From assembly GCF_037042905.1 (NCBI RefSeq), contig NC_087248.1:22134001-22198000 (forward strand): DNA of 64,000 bases, written 5' to 3'. This document shows positions 50,365-64,000 of the stretch, piece after piece. Every line of letters starts with the position of its first letter. Within the stretch, counting starts at the first letter, position 1. The position numbers and the translations under genes are program-made. Source of the stretch: Lytechinus pictus. Lineage: Eukaryota. The notes beneath the pieces were generated by a model. That model did not search any database and was not told the DNA's origin. It was given only the letters and a program-made list of their open reading frames with translations.

Positions 50365-50861
50365 TCTTTTCAAGTCAAAATTATTCGTGTCTTTTAGAGG
50401 ATGTTTTGTAAAGATAGCTCTGATCTAGATAACCATGCAGGGACGCTCAAACTATCAAGATATCTAAACTATTAAAGGCTGTTAATATTAAGGACAGAAG
50501 TTGCTGCGAGGTCGACGAAAAATAATTAACACGCGACAAGGTCTTCACGGGAATTTGTACGCTTAATTCATCCTCAATTTTTCACATTCTGTTTCTTCAT
50601 AAATTTAATTATGGTGTGAACTGCATATCAATGTCCAATTGTGAATCAATGCCGAATTCCCATACACGTATTCCAAATTCCGTGAACAGTGCACACTGTA
50701 AAACAATAACACAAATATAAGGGATCATAAATACAAGCAAACAAAACGTTACAATGTGCATTAAGGCAACATTAGCTCAAGCGATATCTCTGTAAAGGTT
50801 GACCAAAGTTGGCCATGATGTAACTAGGAACTTGTCTATTGGGTTTAGTGTTATGATGGTA

Positions 50862-51934
50862 ACAGGGGCATTTTAAGAACTACTTATAAGGAATTCATGA
50901 AGAGCACACATATCTCACCACAGTCATCTGATTTGAGCGCCAAGCGCGTGTTGATTTTTTTTTTAGAATTACACTAAACACATGAAGTAGGCCTACTTTA
51001 GTAGTCATTGTACTCATGAACATGATACTATCTCACTAATGAAATATTGCGAGCTGAAAATATTTGATAGTCAGACCTGAAGAGGGGCATTTTAAGGCTT
51101 GGTTGTAGGAATGCATTAAGACCATACGTATCTCACTAACCAAATAAAGCGAGCGCGAAGCGCAAGTTGAAAATTTTTGATATTCAGATCAGAAAAAGGG
51201 ACGTTTTGAGGACTGTTTTCGGAATTCATGAAGAGCAGACATAATTGTGTCACCAATCCACAAATGCGAACGTACGCATGAACTGAAAATGTTTTATATT
51301 CAGACCTTAAAAGGGGACAATCACTTTAAGTAGTCATGAAAAAGAAGTATATGTCAATACATAAAATAATAAAAGCTCGAAGTACGAGGATATAAATTTG
51401 ATGTATATTGACTTGAAAATTTCTTTTAATCCCAATAAACAAGATCATTTATCTCATTTAATAGACAATGCGAGCACCAGAAGTGATGAGCAAATGGGCC
51501 TAAACAAATAATTTTTTCATAAATTAATGAAACAAATTATTTCTTACATAATATATTTGATTTTATTTGATTTATTGTTTTCTTCTGCATTCATAACGTT
51601 CGTATACAATACATTTTCCATACATAACAAACATAATATATTGGTAATTGATTTTGGTATGAATAATAAAAATATACTAAATAGAAAAGTCATTCTAATG
51701 AGTATGATCTACCAGCAACAAAAAATCCTAACATTCACCGTTTGCAGGAGAAAGATTGTCATTATAAGCAGATTGCTTGAAAAAAATTACCAAAAATATG
51801 TAATATAATATGATTAATATAATCCCCACTACGTTTCTCTTTCTTTCTCCTCTTTTTCTCCTTTTCCCTTTTTTTTACTTCTTTTTTGCCAGCCGATGGG
51901 GGATGGGCACGTGCCCCCCGATGTTACGCCACTG
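50862..51934. mobile_element. Truncated element of the GCGAGCGCGAAGCGC-motif family
   Basis: Degenerate motif copies at about 50935, 51048, 51148 and 51265, with right end TTACGCCACTG. Resembles 1315-2902. Confidence 0.6.
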
Positions 51935-53123
51935 ATGTCAATTCTATAATAAAGTATTTAAAATGACCTTAATCTTTGATCCAATAAATGTCTAACAAAA
52001 ATGTCTATAAACAAGTTAAATCTAAACGTTACATTGATTGGGTTGAGAAACTTCATGCTTGAAGACTTTAATAGCGCTCAAATTAAACCTTTAAATCAAT
52101 CAACATCAACACAGGCTTAAAAGACTGAATTAATCACTTAAACATTTCAACATTATCAATCTTCTCCGTAATTCAATGCAAAACAAATTAAATCATATCA
52201 TTGTAGGTATCTGAAACTACACATATCCTCTACAGCAATAATGTACTAATGTTGTCATGCATGTGAACAATAATGTTAATTACATCAAGTACCAAAAGAA
52301 AAAAAATCATCTATTTTCCACTTTATGATTTTATTTATCTACACAAAATAATGAAGAAGCAACAAAACTAACCTCTTTGGCTGCCTTTCAGGTAGTTATA
52401 AAGTCTGACTCTCGATTATATATTGGATTTTTAAAGGATTGATCCTGGTCCTAACAACAATATGAAACGCTCAGTTCTCAATGAATATATCAAGTGCACA
52501 CATATAGGCCTATATGGCTACACAGCAATATAAGGGAGTGTAATTACAAGTACATACTTTAGGTCAAGTGTACAAATAAAAATGGTGCAAAGGTCAGTGC
52601 AAAAAATATTTTTCAAACTTTCAAGTGAAATTAAATTTTAGTCCATTTTCGCCAGAATGACCACTCTTCTGAAGTAAGCTACAGGCCTATATAGAATTGA
52701 AGAGTCTTACCCTTGTCGATGTTTGCTGAGTTCGACTTGGTGTCATCGATTGGATAAGTTTATGGGAGTAGGCCTGTAGTTTGTTCTGTACTTCGACTGG
52801 ACCATTAATCTCCTGGTAAACGTATATAGATACTAGATACAGTCGAAACCAACAGATCAAATACCATTAACAGACCATCGTGATGTTATCGGTCAGTGAT
52901 TGCTTCCGAAACGGTGGCCTTTGCTACATCCACACCAACGAAACCGATTCCAAACCAAACGTTCACCGTAATAGATTATTATTAATAGATATATTATTGC
53001 AGCTTCCGGGTAAACCTTGATTGTGATTGCCTGCTGAGCCCTGTTACCATAATGGCAAGGTTACAATACTCTTTGAGAAACGGGCCATTGATCGGTCATA
53101 GAGCAAAGAAATGAATCTATGGT

Positions 53124-53398
53124 CTGGGTTCCGTCTTTCAAAGAGTTGCGATTGATCCGATCAATCACAACTATGGAAAGCCAGCAACGCCAACATCTAA
53201 AATGCATATACATATTCAAAATATTTTCTATATGTAATGTATGTTCATACATTCATTGTTTTCGCGAAAATTCAGTGTTTTCCTCTTTGCTTACAGAGGA
53301 CACTGTGCAAATTTCCTGTAAAAAATATGACATTGATGGATTTCCATATTGTTGAGATTGATCGGATCAATCGTAACTCTTTGTAAGACGGGGTCCAG
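53124..53398. mobile_element. Harbinger-like MITE
   Basis: CTGGGTTCCGTCTTTCAAAGAGTTGCGATTGATCCGATCAATC / GATTGATCGGATCAATCGTAACTCTTTGTAAGACGGGGTCCAG. A solo end lies at about 60016-60072. Confidence 0.7.
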
Positions 53399-54214
53399 TG
53401 TTTCTCGCCGCGCCCTTGTGAGTGACTGTCAAGACTTTTCCCCAAAGAAAAACAATATCACCAGCCGTGGTGAATAGGTTTGTGCCACCGTGAATTTAGC
53501 GATTGTCTGAGGTGTCCTGGTCGACCCTTACAAATGAAAACTTCGGTACACATTCACAATATCTGAAATCAATAATAATAATTGTTTTCATATCAGGTGG
53601 AAAGAATCGAGTTTGTATTCCTGGGGTTTGTATTATTCGACCCTGACCAATTATCAAATGGTTCGATAGATTTATATGAAGTTTTAAAAGAGATAATAGG
53701 TTACTTTTCCAAGTCTGTTTTGTGACGCCGTTGTTGAGACGTACATATAGATATTGAACCTGGAATGTAATTATTAAGGAACTAAAAGATCAGAGCTAAT
53801 TGTAATTATATTTCCACTCTGCTTTTGTAATCACCTTTTGACATATTCAACGAACTTCGTCTTTGATTGTCATGTTTTCAGACACATTATGGGTTATAAT
53901 GACAATCATTCTTTAATTTGAAATTATACAATGTTGGGTGAACCACAATTAACATTTTATATTTTTCATTTTATCTTTTTTGTTGCGTTTTACGTTTTTG
54001 AAGATTTAGAACAAAGAAAAGGCCCTGTAAATCTACTCTCAGTCTATAGTCATGTCAATTTTGTACATATGTCCAAGACATTAATGTATATTTGAACCTT
54101 ACATATTTGGTACATAAGCCTTTATATACTGGGACAAGAGGAGGCGCCAGAGAAGGGGCAAGACGACTAATTTTATTATTCTCAATTAAATTATGCTACA
54201 TTTACCCCTCTTCC

Positions 54215-55410
54215 GGCCTCTCTATCACACCCCTTCCCACTTATATCTATATCACCCTTTCCCACTTATCTTTCTGTCACATGCTTTCCCATCTCTCTCT
54301 CTGTCACACCCCTTCCCTCTTATCTCTCTGTCAGACCCATACCCACTTATCTCACTGTAATACATTCTTCCCTCCCATTTGTCTCTCTGTCACACTCATT
54401 CCAACTTATCTCTGTCACACCCTTTCCCATTTATGTCATGTTCACACCCCTTCACATTTCTCTCTGTCACACCCTTTCCTACTTATCTCTCTGTCACAAC
54501 CTTTCCCACTTCCGGCTCTCTTTTATACCCCTTCCTTCTGTCACACACTTTCCCACTTATCTCTGTCATACCCACTCCAACTTATCTCTGTCACACCCTT
54601 TCCCATCTCTCTCTCTCTCTCTGTCACACCCTTTCTCACTTATCTCCATGTCACCCTTTCCCTCTTATCTCTCTGTCACACCCCTTCCCACTTCTTTTAC
54701 ATCCCTTCCCACTTCTGTCACACCCCTTCCCACTTCTCTCACACCCCTTCCCACATATCTCTCTGTCACATCCATACCCACTTATCTCTCTGTCACATCC
54801 ATACCCACTTATCTCTCTGTCACACCCCTTCCCACTTGTCTCTCTGTCACACCCCTTCCCACTTATCTCTCTGTCACACCCCTTCCTACTTATCTCTCTG
54901 TCACATCCATACCCACTTATTTCACTGTCACACCCCTTCCCACTTATCTCTCTGTCACACCCCTTCCCACTTATCTCTCTGTCACACCGGCCCCTTCCCA
55001 CTTATCTCTCTGTCACATCCCTTCCCACTTATCTCTCTGTCACTCCCCTTCCCATTTATATATCTGTCACTCCCTTTTCCACTTATCTCACTGCCACACC
55101 CCTTCCCACTTATCTCTCTGTCATTCCCCTTCCCACTTGTCTCTCTGTCACTCCCCTTCCCACTTATCTCTCTGTCACACCCATTCTCACCATCTCCCCC
55201 TCTCTGCTACACCCCTCCCCTCTCTCACACATCCCTTCTCTCCACACACCCCTTCCCTCTGTCACACCCCTTCACACTTCTGTCACACCACTTCTCTCAC
55301 ACACCCCTTCAAACTTATCCATCACACACCTCCCACCCTCATTCACACACACATACCCACTTATCCCCCCTTTCCACATCTTTCCCTGTCACACCCCTTC
55401 CAACTTATAA
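54215..55410 (+). repeat. 27-bp minisatellite (CACACCCCTTCCCACTTATCTCTCTGT)n
   Basis: Visible tandem array; gives a 9-aa periodicity in all three + frames. Confidence 0.92.
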
Positions 55411-56877
55411 CCCCCTTCTTGTCCCTTGCTCCGACCTCTCTCCATTTCTCTCCACCTTCTCTCCCCACCCTTACCCCCTTTCCTTTACAAATTCCATTTA
55501 CATCCCCCTGTTCTCGCAACATGCATGGCATTCTTCCCTCAAAAACAGAACGCAGAAAGTATGAGAAGCACAAACCATCATAATTGCAACCAGGTCATAT
55601 AATTTTCCACTTTGCTCCAGCTTCATATAATAACTTTCATAATATAAAATTGTTTAATACACATTAATAGTTTTATGCAAAAATATATATACACGATTTT
55701 GTCCAACAAAGTCCTACTTCGCACAGAAAGTGACATTTGAAGTTCGATTCACATTGTATCTAAACTGTGATCGTATCCTGCAGAGTTGTATCTCCATGAT
55801 CATACTTTGAGAACAGCAAGTAAACCAGCACCATCCTCAAGTGCAAGATATATAAGTGATGTATCAGTGAACCAGTTTACTAAACATCCTTTCAACCTAG
55901 TAGTAATCAAAGTTAATTGGATGAAAATTGGCTAAGAGATCATTTGAGTGAAGGCACATCATATGAGATATGATATATTCTGCAAAAAAGTCAAATCAGC
56001 AACTCCATTTTGCATGTTTCTTAACTTTTTGTACATTTGTACATTGTGCAATGTAAACATACATGTTATTAAGAAGGAATATTCGAGTATTGTTTCATAG
56101 CTGACACGACGTTTGCTCCAGCGATATTTGCTCTGGTCTTCATATCTCAGAGGATATACAGTAGGTTTAGAGTTAGGATTGTAACAGAGTGTTTGGTTCA
56201 GAATGATGTCAAGATGAGGATCAGGGTTTATTTAGTTTTGGAGGTTAGGTTTTATGTTTGGCTTAACACACAGATTTTCCATTGGAGCAATTGTCGCCCG
56301 AGCAAATGTCATGGGACCGTTTTATGTGGTAGAGGTCAAGCAGGTATGCAATAATACATACCTGACCTAGCAACATATGTTGTATACAACGTATATTGTA
56401 GTGACTGGATACATAATAAGCAGGTTACTATAAACATAACATCTTGCTTGAAGACCTTGGTCTCAATTCTCAAACATCACAAAAATGGCATGTTGCATGT
56501 AATTTTGTTTAATACCACAATCAAAGGTTCTTTATGTTTGTGTCTTATATATTTATCTACAATAAGTACTTCTTGCTTCTTTTCCCTTTGCATTTTTTTT
56601 TACAGTGAACTGAAAAACCATAGTATTCACCATGGTACATACATATCAAGAAAAAAAAATTGTTTCTGGGACAAGTAACCAACTTTTTTCGACAAGTTGT
56701 GCAATCGAACGACTTTCCTTGATTTTGATTGGCTGAGGCACTGTTACTATGGTAACTGTCGAATAAACATCCTACAAGTCCTTTCATGAAATGCACCCCT
56801 GATGCCAGGAAAAGCACCTACATCGCATCATCTTTTAAAAACTTCTGACACAGGTGGGCTCTTTGTAATGATTTAAT

Positions 56878-57160
56878 AATAACAATAGGCATTTATATAG
56901 CGCCATCTATCTATAAATATTCTATTCCGAGGCGCGTTGTTATTATTATTATTACCCCGGCTTTAGCTCGAGCTGCCTTTCAGCGCTCATGCATTCAAGG
57001 AATTAATCCTGCCGGGTACCCATTCACCTCACCTGGGTTGAGTGCAGCACAATGTGGATAAATTTCTTGCTGAAGGAAATTACGCCATGGCTGGGATTCG
57101 AACCCACGACCCTCTGTTTCAAAGTCAGGAGACTTATCCACTGGGCCACAACGCTCCACA
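56878..57160 (-). mobile_element. tRNA-derived SINE
   Basis: Reverse complement of the 43663 family, including GATTCGAACCC (B box). Confidence 0.8.
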
Positions 57161-58048
57161 TTTTATATGGTGGTTCATCAAATAACGTTTTCTTTTAAAG
57201 TGGGTTTTGTTTCCTGGCTTTAGCTCTTGTCTGCCCTTCAAGAAGGGTTGCCCAAGTCACATCAGAATTCACCCCCCCCCCCCCTCCCCTCCCCCTTTAG
57301 ATATTTCAGATATACCACCGAGCACAAATGACTGATGGAACATTTTCTCATATATCAAATCAAGGAGATATATATATATACTTCAATTGTTTTATTTGAT
57401 AAAAAAACCATTGCACTGTTAAAATCTACATCTTATTACAATATGTGTTATATATATATATATATATCCCTTGCAATTCCCGATGGAGAAGGTGAATATA
57501 CGTCCAATGCTACTGCTCCTAAATACCATTTTCAAAGAGTGCACATAGATAAATGTGTGGGTTTTTCGAACAACGCTAATGCAAGAATTCCCCTGAAGTT
57601 TAGTCAAAGATAATGAAAACTTGAATAATAATATGAAGTACAAGGGTGATAAGAGAAGGAGGAATAAAGGAAAAAGAAAATTAAGTACACGATATCCATA
57701 GTACATTCATTCAATCTGACATCTGGGCCCAGTTTCACAAACAAACCTTGTAATCAAATGGGATATTTCTATGACAAATTTCCAAAGAAACAATCAAGTT
57801 GCACAATTTCAGTGCCTATAGAAATAGCTTATAACTTACAGTTGATAAGAACTCACGACACACATTGCTGGTCAATTTTGCGTATAAATTATGATGCTTA
57901 CTTGTCCAGCCATGCCAATTGAGTTGGTTGTACTTTGGACAAAGGAGGGTACATATTTGGAGAACATAGTTACCACTTTGGTCTTTTTTTCAGTCATTTT
58001 TGGTACAGAATGGTATAAGTACATATCATGGGAAAACTTCAGGAAGTA

Positions 58049-58160
58049 TTGGCTCAGTTGGTAGAGCGTCCGTCTCACAACCGGGAGATCAGGAGTTCAA
58101 ACCCCGGCCACGTCAGACCAAAAAGATGTTAAAAGATGGGAGTTGCTGCTACCCGTTGGG
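58049..58160 (+). mobile_element. tRNA-like SINE head fragment
   Basis: TGGCTCAGTTGGTAGAGCG..GAGTTCAAACCC, with no intact acceptor stem. Confidence 0.55.
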
Positions 58161-59130
58161 CAAAATGAATTTTCAGAATATTTCTATTCTCAGATTTCTA
58201 TTTCGAACAATTAAATGTGGATTTTCATTTTCATTTTTATGAATGGGGCATTTGAGTTCACATCTGGGATACACTGGTAGGCCAAAAAGGTGAAGCCTGT
58301 CTCAGCTAAAGAGATGTTCATTGTGGCATTAAAGATGGGTGAAAATAAGCTTAACAGGGTGCTGTCTAGATTTAATCTATGCAGTTTTGAATGTGAACAT
58401 GGCATTGGGAGCTTCAAATCAATTAATAAACTTAGGTGCAATCTGGACCAAACCATCAAAGTCTGTGAATGTGACAGTAGCCTCTCGAGTATTTTTTCAA
58501 CAAGTTTATCAGTGAGTGATCCAGTCTTGACCTGTTTACTCCATGAGTGTGAAGGTAGCATCTGAAGTCTTTGCTGAACAAGTTAAAGTGGGTGAAGTCC
58601 AATGCATCAGGAGTCTGTTGAACGAGCTAAAGTGGGTGCGGTCAAGACTTGACCATATGGCCTGTAAATGTGAACTAAGCATCATTAAATCTTTGTTGAT
58701 CAAGTTAATATAGTCCATAGCATCATAAGTATCTGTTGCATGAGCTTCTATACTGGTGCATTCCATATTTGACGTGTTGTTAAGTCTTAGAATGTAAAAG
58801 AAGCATCACGAGTCTGTATTGAGTTGTGAGAGGAGTGCACATAGACACGTGAGAATGACACAGGTAGAATGTGTGTATAAACTAATGACTGTCTCTTCGA
58901 GTCTCTATCTCCCACACAGCCAGAAATTGTGAACGCAACAATGTCCACGGTAATCTGATTTTCCCAACCTATCAGCTTGCCAGTGTGAACACCACAAAGT
59001 TTAATGTCCAAATTTATCTCTGTGACTCTCCCTTCTACTCAAATTGCCAGTGTAAACACAGCAATGTTCAATGTCATCAGGAATCTCTGTGAGTCTCCCT
59101 ACCACTCAGCTTGCTGGTATGAACGCAGCA

Positions 59131-59352
<222 letters not shown>

Positions 59353-60193
59353 TTAGACTAAATGCAACTATAAATGCGATTTTTTCACGGTCACATAAAT
59401 GTCTTACAAAGGATGAAACTATTCAAATAATTGTTTGCTTCAAAAATTATCAAACCTGCTCAGAGGTTTAGAAGCCTTCTCTGTCATTTACCTGCTCAGA
59501 GGTTTAGAAGCCTTCTCTGTCATTTACTCACAAAATATCTTAAATTTTTTAGGTATTCTATCGAACATTTTCGCTCAGGTTTTGCACATGTTGGAAAATA
59601 AAATGAGACTGTTTTTTGGAAATGCTATTTTTTTTACATACGCGTCCTTTGCAAATCGTTTCCATGCCCTATGGAGACTACACTACACTACTACTGTAAC
59701 TATATATACTTCTACTATTAAGTTGGTTGCAATATCTGCTTTCTTGAATAAAAGTGTATTGCATAACATTTCTGTTATAAAAGTGGATTGCACTAAGCTT
59801 TATATTTCATCCTTACATGTGCATAATTCAATCAATCGTAACTATGGAAATCCATCAGTGTCATAACTTTTTCTACAGGTAATTTGCACAATGTCCTTTT
59901 TAAGCAAAGAGAAGCACAATGAATATTTAAGAAAACAATGCATGAATATACATCATAGCTAGAAAATATTTGAACAAACATGCATATTACATGTTGACGT
60001 TGCTGGCCGTCCATAGTTGCGATTGATGCGATTGATCAGATCAATCGCAACTCTTTGTAAGACGGGGCCCAGAAAATTTGCAATTAATAGCAAGACTTAT
60101 GATTGAGTTTTGACATAAATTTGACTGGAAATTGATGGCAAGTTTCTTGCAACACCCCATGCGATTGACGATAGGCTCAGTGATAATACCCAC

Positions 60194-60305
60194 CTGGATT
60201 TGCAAAGATGTTTGGCATGGTTTCTTTGAGTAGAGCACGCAACGTCCTGGGTTCCCCTTCATCATTGACCGGTTTGAATAATCTCTGAATATGCAGCTTG
60301 TCACT
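60194..60305 (-). CDS. ATG5: ATG5 internal exon
   Basis: SDKLHIQRLFKPVNDEGEPRTLRALLKETMPNIFANP; CAG/GT boundaries, phase 0-1. Confidence 0.93.
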
Positions 60306-60885
60306 CTGCCATAGAGAAAGAAATGTTACATAGAAAAAAATATTTTTTCTAGAAAGATATAGAAGTTACTTAAATGCTATGGGCAGAATTCTACAGACTA
60401 GGCCCTAAGTTGCTTATGAACAAAACTAGAACTTTGCAACACTCGCTGCTGACAGAAAAGTGCATGAATGATATCCAGACTCAAAAAACAGCTTGTTTTC
60501 TATCATGATTCAACTTTGAGGTTCAAGATTTATATGAACACATCCATGTTGTCTAACCTTATTATGGAGGGGAAGGGTTCACTTTATCAAAACGTTCTCA
60601 TAAACAAAAATGGTCGACCATGCAGGTGGAATAGGTCAACATATTTTACTTTCAATATATATATTTTTTTCCAATTTGTCTAATAATATTTTTACATGCA
60701 TATGTTGCAGAAATTTTTTACTCTTTGGGGTATTTCTTTTGGAGGGGGGTGAGATTTGTATGAATCCCTAGAATGAATCCCCTAGTAACTGCCTGGTACT
60801 TGAGTATATTGCTTTTATAAAAAAATAAGAAAATATAGATATTGGTGCAGTTTTGTCACACAAACACATCATCACAGCTTCTTAC

Positions 60886-60977
60886 CTGATATATTCTAAA
60901 TGGAATGTATTTGAATGGATCGTTGTTCAGCCTCTCCATCAATCGTCTGTTCGTCGTCCAAAACTGATCAAATTTGT
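60886..60977 (-). CDS. ATG5: ATG5 internal exon
   Basis: DKFDQFWTTNRRLMERLNNDPFKYIPFRIYQ; CAG/GTAAG, phase 1-0. Confidence 0.95.
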
Positions 60978-61626
60978 CTGGAAAAAGGACCATAGAATGA
61001 ATGGAAGAACAAATTCGATCAAATTAGTATGGAAGTAAGAAATCAATGCTAACCAATATGCTCGTCTGAATGGTGTAAAGTTGATTAGGCCTCTTTATAT
61101 TTGTATATTGGTGCTTTACGAATCTTGAATTGTACTGGAGCTATTTTACAAACTGGCACGAAAACTCCACTCACAATCCAGAATAAGTTTCTGAGATAAT
61201 TGATTTTAATACTTAGCTCCCTTGAAATACCATACTCATTAAAATATGGTACTCTCACTGAATCATCTTGAAAGTCTCCATGAGATAAGAAAATATATTC
61301 TTCTATTGTGTAATTTGTACTTAATTTATACCTGTTCATAAAATCACTCATTTGCATGTATCAAACTTAAAATTTTCATGAAAAAAACCCTCTTCACATG
61401 CCAGTTTGTAACAACCAAAAAATATAGACATCCAAATAATAAAAAAAGAAAACAAGCAATAAGAGAAGGAAAAAAAAGTGCAGATGAAATGAAAGAGAAA
61501 AACACAAGCAAAAGGGGAAAGAAAGAAGGGAAAGAAAGATAGTAAGGAGGAAGGAAGAAAAGACGGAAGGAAATAAAAGGAAGGAAGGACAGATATCATA
61601 CAAGCCTCATATTTTATTAAACTTAC

Positions 61627-61689
61627 CACTTTGTAGCCCAGTCCAAAGTTGTTTGTGATCTTTTTGCTGCAGATTGTTCATTACTTGAC
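61627..61689 (-). CDS. ATG5: ATG5 internal exon
   Basis: GQVMNNLQQKDHKQLWTGLQS; TAG/GTAAGT, phase 1-1. Confidence 0.94.
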
Positions 61690-62519
61690 CTAGCTCCACC
61701 AAAACAAAAATGAATTTTAACTATATACAGTCTGAATTACTATTCTAAATCATCGCATGAATCAAATAATATAGAAATATTGAATTCATGAATTCGTTAA
61801 TTGATCTAATTTAGCTTGCTTGCCATTTTTTCTTTGACATACGCATTCTTAATCCAATTCAATAAAATTCAAATCATTAAATTTTTTTAATTTAAGTACA
61901 AAAAACCCAAAAAAAAGGAAATCTACACATTTATGTAATGCCAGGTTTAATCTTCCTGATTCCATATTGAAGGCAAAGATAATGTACCACATTCATTGAA
62001 ATTAATCTCTTACATTCAAGCAATTTTTTTCTTTCTTTTCTTCTTCTACTCATGCTACAGTATATTGTTCCCCTCTTATTACTTTAATTATGTACACCTT
62101 TTTTCTGCAGAAGTACTTTTTTTGAAGAAAAAAAAAGAATTTTATTGCAACTGGCATTTCATAAAGTATGGTAGGGAGAGAAAATAACCATAGACATAAA
62201 GAAACCCTGGACAGAGCTTGCTGTATGCTGCCGCACACACAACCGTGAAGCTACAGGATAAGTACTCCATGACACAATAAACAGTATATGGGACCATACC
62301 AACATGAAAGAAACAAATTGAATACACACAGGCAAGACAGAACAAAGTGTGAAAATCTGTGTGTGCTTGAATTTTTGGAGTACTCTTCAGTGTTTCTGGT
62401 GGCCACCAAAGGGTGCCTTTTAGCGCTATCCATTTTTAAAAATAATATTTATATCAATGGAATTAACATACTCAATGCTACAAAAAAGTAACCCAATTTT
62501 TGTTTTTAATGGGACATAC

Positions 62520-62619
62520 CTCTGTGTTTTAGGACATCTGCTTCCTTGACGCTAGACATATACAGGGCTTCTATCACCTCTTTACTCTTACAATGAAGTA
62601 TTTCATCCTCCGGGAAATT
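62520..62619 (-). CDS. ATG5: ATG5 internal exon containing the ATG12-conjugation lysine
   Basis: NFPEDEILHCKSKEVIEALYMSSVKEADVLKHR; the K of KEAD is at 62545-62547; CAG/GTATGT. Confidence 0.95.
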
Positions 62620-63340
62620 CTGTTGAATGATAAGCAGAGATGTGAGGAAATCTTATATGAAAATTTAAAAAATGTATAAATCAATTAAATTCATTTATTC
62701 AATATTTTTTATTAAAAGCATACAAATGTAACTATATATGTACACATAAAAAAGATATTATACAAATAACAAGCCTCTATCTTTGTTCTGCAAGGAATGA
62801 TTAATGCCTTTATCAACCTTCTATGGTGGTTCCAAATGTACAAATCAGCACAAATTTCAGAAGAAAAAGCAAAGTATGATGGGCATCAGTTAAATAAGTT
62901 GTCACTAACATTTTGATCTGCTCGATTTCCCTTTCGAATATCAGAGCATATTGCACAATAGGCTGAAATCTGACAAATTCCCATAAGAATAGGCTTATGC
63001 TTAAATTTAATGTGGAATGTCATGCCATATTGTATGGTCCAGTAAATAATGATCATAATTAAAAGCCTTTGAAGGTAACAAAAATTAGGTTGGATGGCTT
63101 TTGTTCATGGGATATCAAACATGTTCAATTTGTAACAACCGATATAGCACTTGTCTTGTTTCATGCAATATTCCTAAAACTTGTGGAATATTTCTGGTAT
63201 CCCATCCTCACCTATCCAATATAACATCATTTACAATTATTACTTTCATTGATAGCAAGCTAAACAGTTCAATATTAACTTGCAGTCTTTTCATATTTGC
63301 AACATTTTATCAAATATTTCAAACTTAACTTTACAAATAC

Positions 63341-63419
63341 CTTAAAATGGACAGTTATTCTCCATGGCAAAGGCTTGTCGTGCATGTGCAGATCAAACAG
63401 TACTCCAACTGGATAATGC
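63341..63419 (-). CDS. ATG5: ATG5 internal exon (upstream exons lie beyond the window)
   Basis: (W)[26 protein letters not shown]; TTTTGCAG/GTATTT, phase 2-0. Confidence 0.95.
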
Positions 63420-64000
63420 CTGCAAAATCATTGATACAAATACAAAGGTTATTCATTTACAGGATTTTTAAAGTTGATACAAAATGTGATATTTTCTATT
63501 AAAAAAAAAAATGTTGCTGTCAAAAGGCAGAGGGGCAGACCATCGTAAAAATGCAACATATTTTCAATTCCCTTTGTTTTTGTATTCCTTTAGCAAGAAA
63601 TAAAATAAACTAAATAATTAAACATCAAATCTAAACTAAAATTTTCAATATAATGCCAATTTTTTATCGAGTAAAAGTGATTCCGAAGGATAGCAGTGAT
63701 TGCCCTTTCTTTCAAATTGATTTTCTTTTTCTTTGTAAAAGAGAAAGAGATATTTACTGGCTGATAATAATGCTCATGTGGTCTCATCCTTCATTCTTTA
63801 TTGCTTTTTTAACATACAATCAACTGTTAAGTTAAATAATTGTAAATATTGATAGTGTCTCTTCATGTAACAGGGCCCCTGTTTTTAGCACGTTCAAAAC
63901 TTTTCTGCTTGCAAATCAGATTTGCATGCACTCCTATGGCCAACTGCACGCGGGCTACTATCAATGCAGGCAACCTGCAGGTAGCAAAATTAGTTACCTG

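Noticed and set aside
52710-52900. Possible non-coding first exon of the sulfotransferase-like gene (minus-strand donor G|GTAAGA near 52710)
   Set aside because: A donor motif alone is not enough support without transcript data.
54092-55583. Long ORFs of 490, 343 and 381 aa
   Set aside because: They come from a stop-free 27-bp minisatellite that is open in all three frames.
58049-58110. Functional tRNA gene (also considered at 15929, 18500, 41988 and 43663)
   Set aside because: There is no intact acceptor stem, and the heads continue into SINE bodies.
58211-59011. Several 70-116 aa ORFs suggesting a decayed gene
   Set aside because: They have no recognisable motifs and lie immediately downstream of the ATG5 stop, so they are probably 3' UTR.

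Overview
This is eukaryotic, AT-rich, repeat-dense genomic DNA, most likely from a sea urchin (inferred from the repeat types and gene content). I reconstructed five protein-coding loci by hand from GT-AG boundaries. Two are tandem, three-coding-exon, + strand genes (14245-15804 and 21098-23345) encoding single-domain TIMP/NTR proteins with a signal peptide, a Cys-X-Cys mature N-terminus, six Cys and a C-terminal GPI-like signal in place of the usual TIMP C-domain. The third is an intronless 620-aa type I membrane protein with three Ig domains and a mucin stalk (37052-38914, -). The fourth is a two-exon P-loop sulfotransferase-like gene (48236-50364, -). The fifth is the last six coding exons of ATG5 (59131-63419, -; the 5' end lies beyond the window). 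The first 7 kb is one giant non-coding foldback palindrome carrying nested insertions. The rest is filled with MITEs (hAT-, Harbinger- and Kolobok-like), tRNA-derived SINEs, a Penelope-like fragment with a hammerhead-ribozyme core, micro- and minisatellites, and one N gap. The most notable candidate for a new system is the pair of apparently GPI-anchored, single-domain TIMPs.
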